The notes under the pieces were generated by a model. The model searched no databases, was not told the origin of the DNA, and worked only from the letters and a program-made list of their open reading frames with translations. Of a stretch of DNA of 38,321 bases, positions 9,430-23,337 are shown one piece after another. Every line of letters begins with the position of its first letter. Position 1 is the stretch's first letter. A program made the translations under genes and the position numbers. Source of the DNA: Spongiibacteraceae bacterium (GTDB lineage: Bacteria > Pseudomonadota > Gammaproteobacteria > Pseudomonadales > PIVM01); the NCBI GenBank assembly GCA_030618505.1, contig JAUXDF010000003.1:1-38321 (forward strand). The letters run 5' to 3'.

Positions 9430-9858
9430 TTATTGGCCGAGCTTTTTACGAATCTGCTGCAAGGTTCTCAACTGTGCCGCCGCCTCTGCCAACTGGGTTG
9501 CTGCTCTAGTGTAATCAAAGTCTGCACTTTGATTAGCAAGGGCCTGCTCGGCTTCTTTCTGTGCTTCAAGTGCTGCTGCTTCATCAACATCACCAGCACG
9601 CAAGGCAGTATCTGCCAAAATTGATACGACGCCAGGCTGAACTTCCAGATAACCACCGGAAACGTAATACACCTGCTCTTCTTCCTCACCCTCAACTCTC
9701 AGTCGTACTGGACCTGGGATAAGTGAAGTCAAAAGGGGCGCATGCCCGTAGTAAATACCAAGATCACCCAGAGCACCGGTGGCAATAACAACCTCCACCA
9801 AACCCGAGAATATCTCTTGCTCTGCACTGACTATATCGCAATGGATAGTCATAGCCAT
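9430..9858 (-). CDS. atpC: ATP synthase F1 epsilon subunit
   Basis: [30 protein letters not shown]; position in the operon. Confidence 0.98.
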   Translation of the reverse strand: MAMTIHCDIVSAEQEIFSGLVEVVIATGALGDLGIYYGHAPLLTSLIPGPVRLRVEGEEEEQVYYVSGGYLEVQPGVVSILADTALRAGDVDEAAALEAQKEAEQALANQSADFDYTRAATQLAEAAAQLRTLQQIRKKLGQ

Positions 9859-9898
9859 ATCTTATCCTCAATTAGCGTAAGTAACGCACCCGCGCTAC

Positions 9899-11308
<1,410 letters not shown>

Positions 11309-11396
11309 TTAAACCAAGTTTTAATTCTTTTATAAAGGGGTGAAAACTACTAACCCTTTATCTAAACTGTATATTACTGCTTGTCTTATGCGCTGC

Positions 11397-12260
11397 TTAG
11401 GAAATCGCCGAAGCACCACTTACTATTTCTGAAAGTTCCTGGGTAATCGATGCCTGGCGCGCTTTGTTATAAATAAGCTCCAGACCATCAATCAGGTCTC
11501 CGGCATTATCGGTGGCATTTTTCATTGCCAGCATGCGTGCTGCCTGCTCGCAAGCGCCGTTTTCAACCACGGCCTGATATACCTGGGATTCGATATAACG
11601 GGCAAATAAACCATCCAACAAATCGCGAGCATCGGGCTCGTAGATATAATCCCAATGATGTTTCATGTCTTCGCTTTGTTCAGCTTCTAAAGGCAGTAGC
11701 TGCGATACACCTGGATTCTGTGTCATGGTGTTAATGAACTCATTACCCACCAAGAACAGCTTATCGATTTTTCCTTCACTAAAACCGTCAAGCATGACCT
11801 TCACGCCACCGATCAGATCGGCAACATCCGGAGTTTCACCCAGATCCCTTATTGCGGCTATAACATTACCACCGTAACTCTTAAAAAATGCCGCCGCTTT
11901 AGCGCCCACTAAACAAAGATCGATCTCTACATTACTGTCGTGCCATTGTTTCATTGCTTTAATGGAGGCCTTAAACAAGTTAATGTTTAAACCTCCACAT
12001 AAACCACGATCAGACGAAACGATAATAAAGCCAACTCGCTTTACATCACGCTCCTGCATAAACTTGTGCTTGTATTCCGGTGTAGCATTAGCAACATGGC
12101 CAATAACCTGGCGTATACGCTGGGAATAAGGCTTACCCAATTGCATGCGTTCCTGTGCCTTGCGCATTTTACTCGCAGCAACCATCTCCATTGCGCTCGT
12201 AATTTTCTGCGTACTCTTAATACTGCCGATCTGAGTACGTATTTCTTTTCCGCCAGCCAT
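11397..12260 (-). CDS. atpG: ATP synthase F1 gamma subunit
   Basis: [30 protein letters not shown]. Confidence 0.99.
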   Translation of the reverse strand: MAGGKEIRTQIGSIKSTQKITSAMEMVAASKMRKAQERMQLGKPYSQRIRQVIGHVANATPEYKHKFMQERDVKRVGFIIVSSDRGLCGGLNINLFKASIKAMKQWHDSNVEIDLCLVGAKAAAFFKSYGGNVIAAIRDLGETPDVADLIGGVKVMLDGFSEGKIDKLFLVGNEFINTMTQNPGVSQLLPLEAEQSEDMKHHWDYIYEPDARDLLDGLFARYIESQVYQAVVENGACEQAARMLAMKNATDNAGDLIDGLELIYNKARQASITQELSEIVSGASAIS

Positions 12261-12361
12261 CTCTTCCCACCTGAACCTTGTTAAATAAGGTACAACTAAA
12301 TCTTATCGATTTAGCTTATAACAAGCCAGTCAAAGACTAAGTCTTTGACCGTACCGGATTT

Positions 12362-13906
12362 CTACCAAGTCTGGGTAGACTTGAATTTTTCTATTGCTTC
12401 TTTGAACTTGCCTTCAAACTCATCATTCCAGTTACCAGAGCTAACAATTGCTTTCATGGTGTCGGCAAATTCGCTGTTAGCAAAAGACAATAACGCTGAT
12501 TCAAAAGCGCCAATCTTTTCTACAGCCACATCTTTAAGGTGGCCTTCGTTAGCGGCATAAACCATCAAACCCATTTCAGCAACATTCATTGGAGAATACT
12601 GCTTTTGCTTCATCAATTCGGTAACGCGCTCTCCATGATCGAGCTGCGCACGAGTGGCTTCATCAAGGTCGGAAGCAAACTGGGAGAAAGCGGCCAATTC
12701 ACGATACTGGGCCAGCGCAGTACGAATACCACCGGACAGTTTCTTCATAACTTTGGTCTGCGCGGCACCACCAACACGAGATACGGATATACCCGCGTTC
12801 ATCGCTGGACGAATACCAGCGTTAAACATATCCGCTTCCAGGAATATCTGTCCGTCAGTAATTGAAATTACGTTGGTTGGTACGAATGCAGATACGTCGC
12901 CCGCTTGAGTTTCGATAATTGGCAGTGCGGTCAATGAACCGGTTTTGCCTTTTACTTCACCATCGGTGAATTTCTCTACGTAATTGGCATTAACTCGCGA
13001 GGCGCGCTCTAGCAAACGTGAGTGGAGATAGAATACATCACCAGGATACGCTTCACGTCCTGGTGGACGGCGTAGCAAGAGTGAAATCTGACGATAGGCC
13101 CAGGCTTGTTTAGTCAGGTCATCAAAAATAATCAGTGCATCTTCACCACGGTCACGATAGTACTCACCCATCGAAGCTCCAGCAAAAGGCGCCAAATATT
13201 GCATGGCAGCAGGATCCGATGCGGTAGCAGCAACAATAATGGTGTGATCCATAGCGCCATGCTCTTCGAGTTTTCGCACAACAGCAGCAATAGAAGAGGC
13301 TTTCTGTCCGATCGCTACATAGATACACTTAATACCAGAGTCTTTCTGGTTAATAATTGCATCAATGGCTATCGCACTCTTACCAATCTGACGGTCACCG
13401 ATAATCAACTCGCGCTGACCACGACCGATGGGCACCATTGCATCTACAGCTTTTAAACCAATCTGCACCGGCTGATCAACCGATTGGCGATCAATTACAC
13501 CGGGGGCTACTTTTTCGATAGCATCGGTCAGTTTAGCATTAACCGAGCCTTTTCCATCAATGGGGCTACCCAATGCGTCTACTACACGACCTTGTAATTC
13601 AGGCCCGACCGGTACTTCAAGAATTCGGCCAGTACACTTACAGCTCTGACCTTCGGCCAGACTGCGGTAGTCGCCCAAAATTACTGCGCCAACGGAGTCT
13701 CTTTCGAGGTTCAAAGCCATGCCATAGACACCGCCTTCAAACTCTATCATTTCGCCGTACATTACGTCGGCAAGACCATGGATTCGAATGATACCGTCGG
13801 TTACGGAAACAACGGTACCTTCGTTGCGGGCCTCAGTAGATACATCGAGTTCGTCGATGCGCTGCTTGATTATTTCGCTAATCTCGGATGGATTCAGCTG
13901 CTGCAT
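12362..13906 (-). CDS. atpA: ATP synthase F1 alpha subunit
   Basis: [29 protein letters not shown]. Confidence 0.99.
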   Translation of the reverse strand: MQQLNPSEISEIIKQRIDELDVSTEARNEGTVVSVTDGIIRIHGLADVMYGEMIEFEGGVYGMALNLERDSVGAVILGDYRSLAEGQSCKCTGRILEVPVGPELQGRVVDALGSPIDGKGSVNAKLTDAIEKVAPGVIDRQSVDQPVQIGLKAVDAMVPIGRGQRELIIGDRQIGKSAIAIDAIINQKDSGIKCIYVAIGQKASSIAAVVRKLEEHGAMDHTIIVAATASDPAAMQYLAPFAGASMGEYYRDRGEDALIIFDDLTKQAWAYRQISLLLRRPPGREAYPGDVFYLHSRLLERASRVNANYVEKFTDGEVKGKTGSLTALPIIETQAGDVSAFVPTNVISITDGQIFLEADMFNAGIRPAMNAGISVSRVGGAAQTKVMKKLSGGIRTALAQYRELAAFSQFASDLDEATRAQLDHGERVTELMKQKQYSPMNVAEMGLMVYAANEGHLKDVAVEKIGAFESALLSFANSEFADTMKAIVSSGNWNDEFEGKFKEAIEKFKSTQTW

Positions 13907-13922
13907 GCTCTGTTCCTCAATC

Positions 13923-14459
13923 CTACAATTTCATTGATTCTGCAAGCTTGGCCAAACGGCCTCGCACAGAACCGTCAATGACGATGTCGCCGGCACGAAC
14001 TAATATTCCGCCCAGCAAATTTTTGTCTACAACTGTACTTACTCGTATATCGCGTTCCAGCTTTTTACTCAGTGCGTCATCCAGTTTTTGCTGAATATCT
14101 TCACCTAAAGTAAATGCTGTCGAAATCTCGACATCTACCGTACGCTCTTGATTTGCCTTTAAGTCAGCAAAAAGTTGCTGAATTTGAGGCAATAATCTCA
14201 GTCGCTTATTTTCAGCTAATACCGTGACAAAGTTGCGTCCTTTTTCACTCAGTACATCTCCACACACTTCAACCAGCATGTTTGACTGCTGCTGAGATGT
14301 TATAGAAGGTGACGCAATAATCTTTGTTACATTTTCACTCTGGCAAACTGCAGATAATATCGCAATTTGTGTTTCCCAACCCGCAAGATCCTTATCCGCC
14401 ATAGCCTGCTGAAAAACAGCTTTTGCGTAAGGTCGTGCCAAGGTATTTAATTCAGCCAT
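13923..14459 (-). CDS. atpH: ATP synthase F1 delta subunit
   Basis: [19 protein letters not shown]. Confidence 0.98.
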   Translation of the reverse strand: MAELNTLARPYAKAVFQQAMADKDLAGWETQIAILSAVCQSENVTKIIASPSITSQQQSNMLVEVCGDVLSEKGRNFVTVLAENKRLRLLPQIQQLFADLKANQERTVDVEISTAFTLGEDIQQKLDDALSKKLERDIRVSTVVDKNLLGGILVRAGDIVIDGSVRGRLAKLAESMKL

Positions 14460-14471
14460 TAGATGCCTCGC

Positions 14472-14942
14472 TTAAAGACCAGCGGCCAGCTTGTCGACCA
14501 AATCTTTATGCGCACTTTCATCAATTGAGACTTCGAGAATTTTCTCAGCCCCAGCCAATGCCAATGCACCCACTTGCGCACGTAACTGCTCTTTTGCGCG
14601 ATTAACCTCTTGGTCAATCTCGGCTTGAGCGGCTTCTTTTAAACGATCACCTTCTAGTCGAGCCTGATCTTTGGACTCATCAACTATTTGGGTAGCTCGT
14701 TTGTTTGCCTGTTCAATAATACTGGTAGCCTCTATTTTGGCTTCATGCATTTTTTGAACGGCGTTCTTTTGTGCTAATTCCAGGTCTAGCTGTGCGCGAT
14801 CTGCTGCGCTCAAACCTTCATCAATAAGCTTTTGACGTTCCTGCATCGCTTCAATGACCGGTGGCCATATGAACTTTTTGCAGAACCAGACAAACATAAC
14901 GAAGCTTATGAGCTGGCCAAGAATTGTTAAATTGATATTCAC
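14472..14942 (-). CDS. atpF: ATP synthase Fo b subunit
   Basis: [10 protein letters not shown], one TM helix, WPP, long coiled coil; GTG start. Confidence 0.98.
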   Translation of the reverse strand: MNINLTILGQLISFVMFVWFCKKFIWPPVIEAMQERQKLIDEGLSAADRAQLDLELAQKNAVQKMHEAKIEATSIIEQANKRATQIVDESKDQARLEGDRLKEAAQAEIDQEVNRAKEQLRAQVGALALAGAEKILEVSIDESAHKDLVDKLAAGL

Positions 14943-15004
14943 TACAACACCTCTTGCTGTTGTGGAACGTTAGGTCTTAATCAACCCGCGTTTGTAAAAA
15001 CTGT

Positions 15005-15250
<246 letters not shown>

Positions 15251-15262
15251 CTAATGGTTATG

Positions 15263-16170
<908 letters not shown>

Positions 16171-16174
16171 CTAT

Positions 16175-16588
16175 CTATCTCTTTGAATGACTATAGTGAG
16201 TAGAGCCTTTTGACTGCAGTAATACCGCTGCGCCAATCGTTCCTACTAATAAAGTAACAACAAAACCAATTAACAAAGCTACTGTGTGCAGGGGTTCTAT
16301 AAATTTGAACACCATTGCCATCAGTATTGCCATTACAGCAAATTTTCCAATCTCGGCCTTGTAAAATGAGCCGAGTACCTTATTGGCATAGCGCGTTCCG
16401 TTGTAACGAAACGCTCTCCAGCCAAAATAAGTATTTCCTGCAGTAACAACCAAAGCGCCCAAAGCCGCTGAAATTGCTGCTGTGACTCCTGAAATACTAA
16501 ACAAGACAGCTAGCAGCGCAGTTGTTAATAATTGTAAAAGTATTAAGCGATGTAGCGGTGGTTTAGCAATGACGGATGAGTGTTTCAT
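16175..16588 (-). CDS. atpI: ATP synthase protein I
   Basis: Four hydrophobic segments, SFYKAE.GK motif, first gene of the atp operon. Confidence 0.9.
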   Translation of the reverse strand: MKHSSVIAKPPLHRLILLQLLTTALLAVLFSISGVTAAISAALGALVVTAGNTYFGWRAFRYNGTRYANKVLGSFYKAEIGKFAVMAILMAMVFKFIEPLHTVALLIGFVVTLLVGTIGAAVLLQSKGSTHYSHSKR

Positions 16589-16736
16589 GTTCTTTTAGCC
16601 TTATTATGAGCCTACCTCGCCACAACAAAGCCACACTGCCTTCCAGATAGTTACAAGAAACCCTGAAACTATATTGATTACCCCAACCCTACCTTTTACA
16701 AATACTGCCTCGTTAGCCCTAAGCTAACGGGGGCGC

Positions 16737-16765
16737 ATTATAAGGAATACGGATTAGGGAATCAA
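16737..16765 (-). promoter_or_regulatory. Sigma70 promoter of the atp operon
   Basis: TTGATT-17 bp-TATAAT followed by a GC-rich discriminator (GCGCCCCC). Confidence 0.7.
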
Positions 16766-16883
16766 CTGCTACTGCGCCAATGATGCACCCAAATCCGGTA
16801 GCCGCACCATTTTGGTTCTTAATACCGATATTCATCACTGGTTTTACTAATTGGATAGGGATTCAATGGTGGTTTGGGTAAAA

Positions 16884-17768
16884 CTACTTAATATGGTTTA
16901 AAATCCCATCAAGCTCATCAAGGCTGTTGTATTTAAAAACCAGTTTTCCCTTACCTTTTGCGCTATGTTGAATCAATACTGTAGCTCCGAGCTTTCCAGA
17001 CAACTGCTCTTCCAGACGTTTGATGTCCGGATCAATCTTCTTCTCGGTATTTTGGTTATTGTGCTCCTGCTGCAAACGACGAACCAGCGCTTCTGTCTGC
17101 CTGACTGATAAGCCCCTGCTCACCACACTGCTAGCTGCACTGACTTGCTTATTCTCAGCTAGTCCCAATAAAGCCCGCGCATGCCCCATCTCAAGGTCAC
17201 CATGCTCTAGCAGACGGCGTACTTCCTCCTTAAGACTCATCAGGCGCAGCAGGTTGGTTATCGTAGTTCTGGATTTTCCTACCGCATCCGCTACTTCCTG
17301 TTGGGTTAACTCAAACTCCTTTTGCAGGCGTTGCAAGGCAATCGCTTCTTCAATTGGATTGAGATCTTCGCGCTGAATATTTTCGATCAGTGCCATCGCT
17401 ACTGCAGCTTCATCGGGTACATCTCGAATAATAACCGGAATATCTTGTAGTCCCGCTAGCTGACAAGCTCGCCAACGGCGCTCACCAGCAATAATTTCAT
17501 AATGGTCTTTGGAAACTGGCCGTACCACAATCGGCTGCATTACACCTTGAACTCTTATCGATGCCGCCAACTCCTCAAGAGCCTCGGGGTGCATATCACG
17601 GCGTGGCTGGTATTTACCACGCTGAATAAATTCAACCGGTAATTTTTTTAACTGTCCATCCAGGGACTTGGTTTCACTTTTTTGATCAACTATATCATCA
17701 GCAGCTGGCCTGGTGCCTGCTAGCAGGGCATCAAGCCCCCGTCCCAAACCTCGCTTTTTTGCTGCCAT
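16884..17768 (-). CDS. parB: Chromosome partitioning protein ParB
   Basis: KKRGLGRGLDALL, QPRR, IIAGERRWRA, ENIQREDL, HTH. Confidence 0.98.
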   Translation of the reverse strand: MAAKKRGLGRGLDALLAGTRPAADDIVDQKSETKSLDGQLKKLPVEFIQRGKYQPRRDMHPEALEELAASIRVQGVMQPIVVRPVSKDHYEIIAGERRWRACQLAGLQDIPVIIRDVPDEAAVAMALIENIQREDLNPIEEAIALQRLQKEFELTQQEVADAVGKSRTTITNLLRLMSLKEEVRRLLEHGDLEMGHARALLGLAENKQVSAASSVVSRGLSVRQTEALVRRLQQEHNNQNTEKKIDPDIKRLEEQLSGKLGATVLIQHSAKGKGKLVFKYNSLDELDGILNHIK

Positions 17769-17875
17769 AGAATCCTCTAGCTACTTCAAATTAGTATTTC
17801 TTTACGCTTGGTTTATTACTGCCTTGATGACAGCAGTAACCAAGTCGGACTTAATAAGCTTGGTAATCCATCAGA

Positions 17876-18670
17876 TTACAGTTCAACCACCGACTGACAG
17901 GACTTTTCATCCATTCTTCGTAATACTTCACCTGCCAGAACCAGGTAGGCTTTTGCTCCCCTGGAGGTTTTGTCATAAATCAGTGCTGGCAAACCATGGC
18001 TAGGTGCCTCTGCCAAACGCACATTACGTGGTATACAGGTTCGATAGAGTTGATCGCCAAAGTGACGTACCAGCTGTTTAGAGACATCTCGCGTTAAGCC
18101 GTTTCTGGGGTCGTACATAGTACGTAAAATCCCTTCTATTTTTAAATCAGGGTTTATCACATCTGTAATACTGGCAATTGTCCTCAGCAGATCACTTAAA
18201 CCTTCCAAGGCGTAATATTCACACTGCATGGGAATAATCACACCATCGGCGGCACAAAGCCCATTAACGGTCAACATATTTAACGAGGGGGGGCAGTCAA
18301 TAATAATAAAATCATAGTTATCAGCAACCGTACTTAATGCCCTACGTAAGCGAGTTTCTCTGGCTAAGGTATCCAAAAGCTGGACTTCAGCTGCTGTCAG
18401 ATCGGCATTTGCTGGTAATACATCGTAAGCACCGACAGTATCATAAACACAACAATCACTAACCGTGGCCTCATCAACCAGTACATCGTAAATACTTAAC
18501 TCGAGGTTATTTTTATCGACACCACTACCCATAGTGGCATTTCCCTGCGGGTCAAGATCAACCAGTAATACGCGCTTTTTGGTTGCTGCCAGCGAAGCCG
18601 ACAGATTTACTGTGGTGGTGGTTTTAGCTACACCGCCCTTTTGATTTGCTACCGCTAGTATTCTGGCCAA
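17876..18670 (-). CDS. parA: Chromosome partitioning ATPase ParA/Soj
   Basis: NQKGGVAKTTT deviant Walker A, DLDPQGNAT, DCPPSL; TTG start. Confidence 0.98.
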   Translation of the reverse strand: MARILAVANQKGGVAKTTTTVNLSASLAATKKRVLLVDLDPQGNATMGSGVDKNNLELSIYDVLVDEATVSDCCVYDTVGAYDVLPANADLTAAEVQLLDTLARETRLRRALSTVADNYDFIIIDCPPSLNMLTVNGLCAADGVIIPMQCEYYALEGLSDLLRTIASITDVINPDLKIEGILRTMYDPRNGLTRDVSKQLVRHFGDQLYRTCIPRNVRLAEAPSHGLPALIYDKTSRGAKAYLVLAGEVLRRMDEKSCQSVVEL

Positions 18671-18701
18671 ACTGTAATTCCTGCTCTAAGCGTGGTATTG
18701 G

Positions 18702-19331
18702 CTAATTTGCTTGAATAACCACCAAGTGGCGCTCGCCCTCCAAATCAGGCACGGCAAGCGTATAACAGGCTTTGACATTAAAGCCTTTTGGCAAATCCCT
18801 CAACTCTTTTTCAGGGTATAAGCCTTTCATCGCATAAAAACTGCCCTGCTCTGCGCAAAGCGCTTGAGTATAAACCAACATTTCCCTAAGGGAAGTAAAC
18901 GCTCGGCTTAATACACCATCAAATTTTTTCAGGGGAGTGAAATCTTCTGCTCGTGCTTTAACCACCTGCACATTATCCAAGGCCAGTTCCGCTTTTACCT
19001 GTAATAAAAAACGTGTTTTTTTGCTGTTGGTATCCAATAAGGTAAATTGCTGCTCCGGTAATGCTATTGCCAGTGGAATGCCGGGTAGACCTGCACCAGT
19101 ACCAACATCAACAAAATATTCTCCCTCAAGAAAAGGCGCGATACTTAAACTGTCCAGTAAATGCAAAACCAACATATCTTCAGGTTTTTTGATTGCGGTT
19201 AGGTTATAGGACTTGTTCCATTTTTCAATCAACAGCAGATAGTTGATCAAGCAATTTTTTTGTTGTGTTGATAAAGTAATAGCTAGAGTTTCCAGGCCAC
19301 AATTAAGTCGAGAATCAAGCTGAGACTGCAT
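18702..19331 (-). CDS. rsmG: 16S rRNA m7G527 methyltransferase
   Basis: WNKSYNLTAI, HLLDSL, DVGTGAGLPGIPL, SRAF. Confidence 0.98.
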   Translation of the reverse strand: MQSQLDSRLNCGLETLAITLSTQQKNCLINYLLLIEKWNKSYNLTAIKKPEDMLVLHLLDSLSIAPFLEGEYFVDVGTGAGLPGIPLAIALPEQQFTLLDTNSKKTRFLLQVKAELALDNVQVVKARAEDFTPLKKFDGVLSRAFTSLREMLVYTQALCAEQGSFYAMKGLYPEKELRDLPKGFNVKACYTLAVPDLEGERHLVVIQAN

Positions 19332-19339
19332 ATCAATCC

Positions 19340-21235
19340 TTAGGCGCTTTTTTTATCAAGAGCGCCACGTTTTTTCATATAGATTAGCAGCAGGGAAACC
19401 GCAGCCGGGGTAACACCAGGGATACGTGATGCTTGACCTAAAGTTTGTGGTTTGGTGCTTATTAATTTCTGCTTAACTTCATTGGATAACCCTTCAACGG
19501 GCTGGTAATCAAAATCATCAGGCAGTAAACAGTTTTCATAACGGTGCATACGATCAATTTCATCTTGCTGGCGAGATATATAACCCGCGTATTTCACCTG
19601 TACTTCTATTTGTTCAACAACCTGCTTGTTAATATTTTTTTTATCTTCATTATCATATGCCGCCATCAGCTGTTGATAACTAACCCCTGGTCGTTTTAAT
19701 AAATCCAGTAGGTTATATTCTCTACTCAAGGGATTTTCTAATACTTCATTTAGCTTTTGTGCTTGCACACTATCGGGTTGAATCCAGGTTGTAGCCAACC
19801 GCTGCCTTTCTTTTTCGATGGCTTCAAATTTTTCTGAGAAAAACTGCCATTGCTGATCTCCAAGTAAACCCAACTCCCGTCCTTTTTCACTTAAGCGTAA
19901 ATCCGCATTATCTTCACGCAGAAGCAAACGATATTCTGCCCTACTAGTAAACATACGATAGGGTTCACTCGTACCCAAGTTAATCAAATCATCAACCAGT
20001 ACGCCAATATAGGCTTCATCTCTACGGGGACACCAAGGCTCTTTTTGCTGTGCGGCTAGTGCCGCATTACAACCGGCTAATAAACCTTGAGCAGCAGCTT
20101 CTTCGTAACCGGTGGTGCCATTAATCTGACCAGCAAAAAACAAACCCCTAATAGCTTTGGTTTCTAAAGAATATTTAAGACCACGTGGATCAAAAAAATC
20201 ATATTCAATGGCATAACCCGGTCGAGTGATATGAGCGTTTTCAAAACCTTTAATTGCCCGTATTAAATTAAGCTGTACATCAAAGGGAAGACTGGTGGAA
20301 ATACCATTGGGATAAAGCTCGTGGGTATTTAAGCCTTCAGGTTCAATAAAAATTTGGTGGGAATCTTTATCAGCAAAACGGTGGATTTTATCTTCTATTG
20401 AAGGGCAATACCGAGGACCTATACCTTCGATAACACCGGTGTACATAGGCGAGCGATCTAAACCGGCACGGATAATATCGTGACAACGCTCATTGGTGTG
20501 GGTAATCCAGCAACATATCTGTTTTGGGTGTTGATCAACGCTGCCCTGAAAAGACATTACCGGCCTTGGCTGATCCCCCCACTGTTCCTCCAAAATTTCA
20601 AAATTAACACTGCGCGCATCAATACGCGGCGGAGTTCCGGTTTTTAAACGTTCAACATTAAAGGGAAGTTCTCGCAGACGATCTGCCAAAGCCAGCGATG
20701 CTGGATCTCCAGCGCGCCCACCCTGATGGCTTTGTAAACCGATATGGATTTTCCCCGCTAAAAAAGTTCCTGCGGTTAGTACCACGGAGTCTGCGAGAAA
20801 ACGTAAACCCATATTGGTAACAACACCATTTATTTTATTATCGCTAATAATTAAATCATCGGCTGTCTGTTGGAAAATAAAAAGATTTTTTTGGTTTTCC
20901 AGAATATTACGTATCGCTGATTTATAGAGCGCTCGATCAGCCTGCGCTCGAGTCGCTCGTACCGCAGGACCTTTTCTGGCATTAAGAATACGAAACTGAA
21001 TACCGGCCAGATCAGTGGCTTTTGCCATTGCCCCGCCTAAAGCATCAATTTCTTTAACCAGGTGGCTTTTGCCAATACCGCCAATAGCGGGATTGCAGGA
21101 CATTAAACCCAGGGTTTCAATATTCTGGGTTAATAGTAGAGTTTTAAGCCCCATCCTGGCGCTAGCGAGAGCTGCCTCGGTGCCAGCATGTCCACCGCCA
21201 ATAACAATTACTGCAAATCGTTCAGGGAATTCCAC
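19340..21235 (-). CDS. mnmG: tRNA uridine-5-carboxymethylaminomethyl modification enzyme MnmG (GidA)
   Basis: [43 protein letters not shown]. Start placed at GTG 21235 after GAGG rather than TTG 21247. Confidence 0.98.
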   Translation of the reverse strand: MEFPERFAVIVIGGGHAGTEAALASARMGLKTLLLTQNIETLGLMSCNPAIGGIGKSHLVKEIDALGGAMAKATDLAGIQFRILNARKGPAVRATRAQADRALYKSAIRNILENQKNLFIFQQTADDLIISDNKINGVVTNMGLRFLADSVVLTAGTFLAGKIHIGLQSHQGGRAGDPASLALADRLRELPFNVERLKTGTPPRIDARSVNFEILEEQWGDQPRPVMSFQGSVDQHPKQICCWITHTNERCHDIIRAGLDRSPMYTGVIEGIGPRYCPSIEDKIHRFADKDSHQIFIEPEGLNTHELYPNGISTSLPFDVQLNLIRAIKGFENAHITRPGYAIEYDFFDPRGLKYSLETKAIRGLFFAGQINGTTGYEEAAAQGLLAGCNAALAAQQKEPWCPRRDEAYIGVLVDDLINLGTSEPYRMFTSRAEYRLLLREDNADLRLSEKGRELGLLGDQQWQFFSEKFEAIEKERQRLATTWIQPDSVQAQKLNEVLENPLSREYNLLDLLKRPGVSYQQLMAAYDNEDKKNINKQVVEQIEVQVKYAGYISRQQDEIDRMHRYENCLLPDDFDYQPVEGLSNEVKQKLISTKPQTLGQASRIPGVTPAAVSLLLIYMKKRGALDKKSA

Positions 21236-21284
21236 GACTAACCTCAAGCTGATTATTCTACTGCTGGATAAAAAAGGGTGGCCG

Positions 21285-21313
21285 ATTATACGCAGAACTG
21301 ATTAAAGGATCAA
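21285..21313 (-). promoter_or_regulatory. Sigma70 promoter of the mnmG-rsmG-parAB operon
   Basis: TTGATC-17 bp-TATAAT followed by GC-rich CGGCCACCC. Confidence 0.7.
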
Positions 21314-21374
21314 AAGGCTTGTTTAATCGTTAATCAGTTATAAATCACTTACTTTTTGTTTTCGTGGAGTCTTT

Positions 21375-21710
21375 AAGTATAAAGATCTTTATGTATATAT
21401 ATGTATTATATATAGAAGATATTTAATATAGTTATTATTAGGGAGCCTATTTTCTGTTTATAAGTAGTTATTTTCAATTAAAAACAACCACTTATAGAGA
21501 ATGTAAGTGCTGTATTAACTAAGTATTTACTTGTGTAATAGCTCTTAAAGAAATTGTGGATAAAACCGATTGCAATAAATCTGTGGATAAACTTCATAGT
21601 TATCATTGTTTCGTTGACAAGTTATACACAGCTAGTTCAATTAGCTCAACTAGTATTCATGGGAGATTGATAAATAGGGATAAGTTTTAAGTTTTGTTGT
21701 GTATAAGTTG
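21375..21710. other. oriC-like region 1 (mnmG-mnmE): AT-rich unwinding element plus DnaA boxes
   Basis: AT-rich tract at about 21375-21440. Consensus boxes TGTGGATAA 21555 and 21582, TTATACACA 21622, TGTGTATAA 21698. A degenerate TGTTTATAA lies near 21455 and an IHF-like AAACAACCACTTA near 21482. Confidence 0.85.
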
Positions 21711-21829
21711 GGGGTAGCTGTTTAATAGCTTGTTAATACTGGGGTACAGACGAAATAGTAGATATTTTCGCTTCTCAATATATCTTGGGTATATATTAAT
21801 TTTGTAATGTTTGCTTCGCCTTTATTTAC

Positions 21830-23239
21830 CTACTTACCTATACAAAAACTGGAAAATATTCTTCCCAGTAGATCATCAGGGCGAAAGTCCCCGGTTATTT
21901 CTCCAAGAGATTGCTGGCAGAGCCTTAGATCTTCAGCCAGTAATTCTCCTGCTGCAGCTTGCTGTAGCTGTTCAAGCCCACACCTTAGATGATTTTCTGC
22001 TTGCTCTAGCGCGCGTAGGTGGCGCCGCCTGGCACTAAAGCAACCTTCTATATTAGTTTGATAACCCATACACGCTTTAAGGTGGTCGCGAAGATCATCG
22101 ATAGCCAAACCCTGCTTGGCAGAGAGAGCAATTGCTGGATGCTGGTCTATCTGCTCTGCTTGCATGCCTGGCTTTAAGCTAGACAGGTCACATTTGTTTA
22201 ATACAATCGTGGTATTGTTTTTCTCGATCAAAGCTTCACTACCCGGAGGCCAAAGTTCACTAGAGCTTGTTGGCAGTTTATCGCTACTATCGACAACCAG
22301 TAAAATACGATCTGCCTGCTCTATCTCCTGCCAGGCGCGACGAATTCCTTCACGCTCTACTTCATCAGGACTTTCTCTTAAACCTGCGGTATCAATAATA
22401 TGCAGGGGCATACCATCAATTTGTATTTGTTCGCGCAGTACATCCCGGGTAGTGCCTTCGATACTAGTTACAATGGCACTGTCTTTACCGCAAAGCATAT
22501 TTAGCAAACTTGATTTTCCGGCATTGGGACGACCAGCAATTACCACACTCATACCTTCTCTTATTAGTGAGCCTTGTTTAGCCTGCTTAAAGATCCTACT
22601 TAGCGTATTTTGAATATTGTGTAGGTCACTCAGTACCTTGCCATCACTTAAAAAATCTATTTCTTCTTCAGGGAAGTCGATAGCGGCTTCTACATAAATT
22701 CGCAGTTTAATGACTTCTTCATTAAGCGCATTAATTTGCCGGGAGAATTCTCCCTGTAAAGAACGTAGTGCATTACGAGCAGCTTGTTCTGAAGCACTGT
22801 CGATTAAATCTGCTATGGCTTCGGCTTGCGCCAGATCGATTTTGTTATTTAGAAAAGCCCGCTCAGAAAATTCACCGGGTCTGGCTAAACGTGCTCCCAG
22901 TGATAACACCTCCCGTAGAAGACAGTCCATAATAATAGGGCCGCCATGGCCCTGTAGTTCCACTACATCCTCTCCGGTAAAAGAGTTTGGCGTTGGAAAA
23001 TACAGACTTATTCCCTGGTCGATAACATTTTTATTGTTGGACTGTTGCTGGCACTGTTGGTAAAAATTACCATAATGGGCGTAACGGGGTTTGAGTTCTT
23101 TTTCAGTAATTTTAACTGATATTTTATAAGCCTTGGGCCCAGAAATACGGATGATAGCAACCCCGCCTTTTCCAGGTGGTGTTGCTAGAGCGGCAATAGT
23201 GTCGCCGTTAAGGGAGGAGTTTATTGGTAAATTATCCAT
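21830..23239 (-). CDS. mnmE: tRNA modification GTPase MnmE (TrmE)
   Basis: [42 protein letters not shown]-terminal FCIGK. Confidence 0.99.
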   Translation of the reverse strand: MDNLPINSSLNGDTIAALATPPGKGGVAIIRISGPKAYKISVKITEKELKPRYAHYGNFYQQCQQQSNNKNVIDQGISLYFPTPNSFTGEDVVELQGHGGPIIMDCLLREVLSLGARLARPGEFSERAFLNNKIDLAQAEAIADLIDSASEQAARNALRSLQGEFSRQINALNEEVIKLRIYVEAAIDFPEEEIDFLSDGKVLSDLHNIQNTLSRIFKQAKQGSLIREGMSVVIAGRPNAGKSSLLNMLCGKDSAIVTSIEGTTRDVLREQIQIDGMPLHIIDTAGLRESPDEVEREGIRRAWQEIEQADRILLVVDSSDKLPTSSSELWPPGSEALIEKNNTTIVLNKCDLSSLKPGMQAEQIDQHPAIALSAKQGLAIDDLRDHLKACMGYQTNIEGCFSARRRHLRALEQAENHLRCGLEQLQQAAAGELLAEDLRLCQQSLGEITGDFRPDDLLGRIFSSFCIGK

Positions 23240-23296
23240 AGGGAGTCTCTATTTATTGCTTTTAACTTTGCTGTAAATTTCCCATAAAAATAAGCT

Positions 23297-23322
23297 AAAA
23301 AAAAGACCCTTGCGGGTCTTTT
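23297..23322 (-). terminator. Rho-independent terminator after yidC
   Basis: AAAAGACCC-(4 nt)-GGGTCTTTT hairpin with a T8 tail on the minus strand. Confidence 0.85.
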
Positions 23323-23337
23323 AAAATTTCCAGTACA

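Noticed and set aside
16773-16818. NtrC-like GCACC repeats upstream of the atp promoter
   Set aside because: No complete TGCACC-N5-GGTGCA palindrome and no sigma54 promoter seen.
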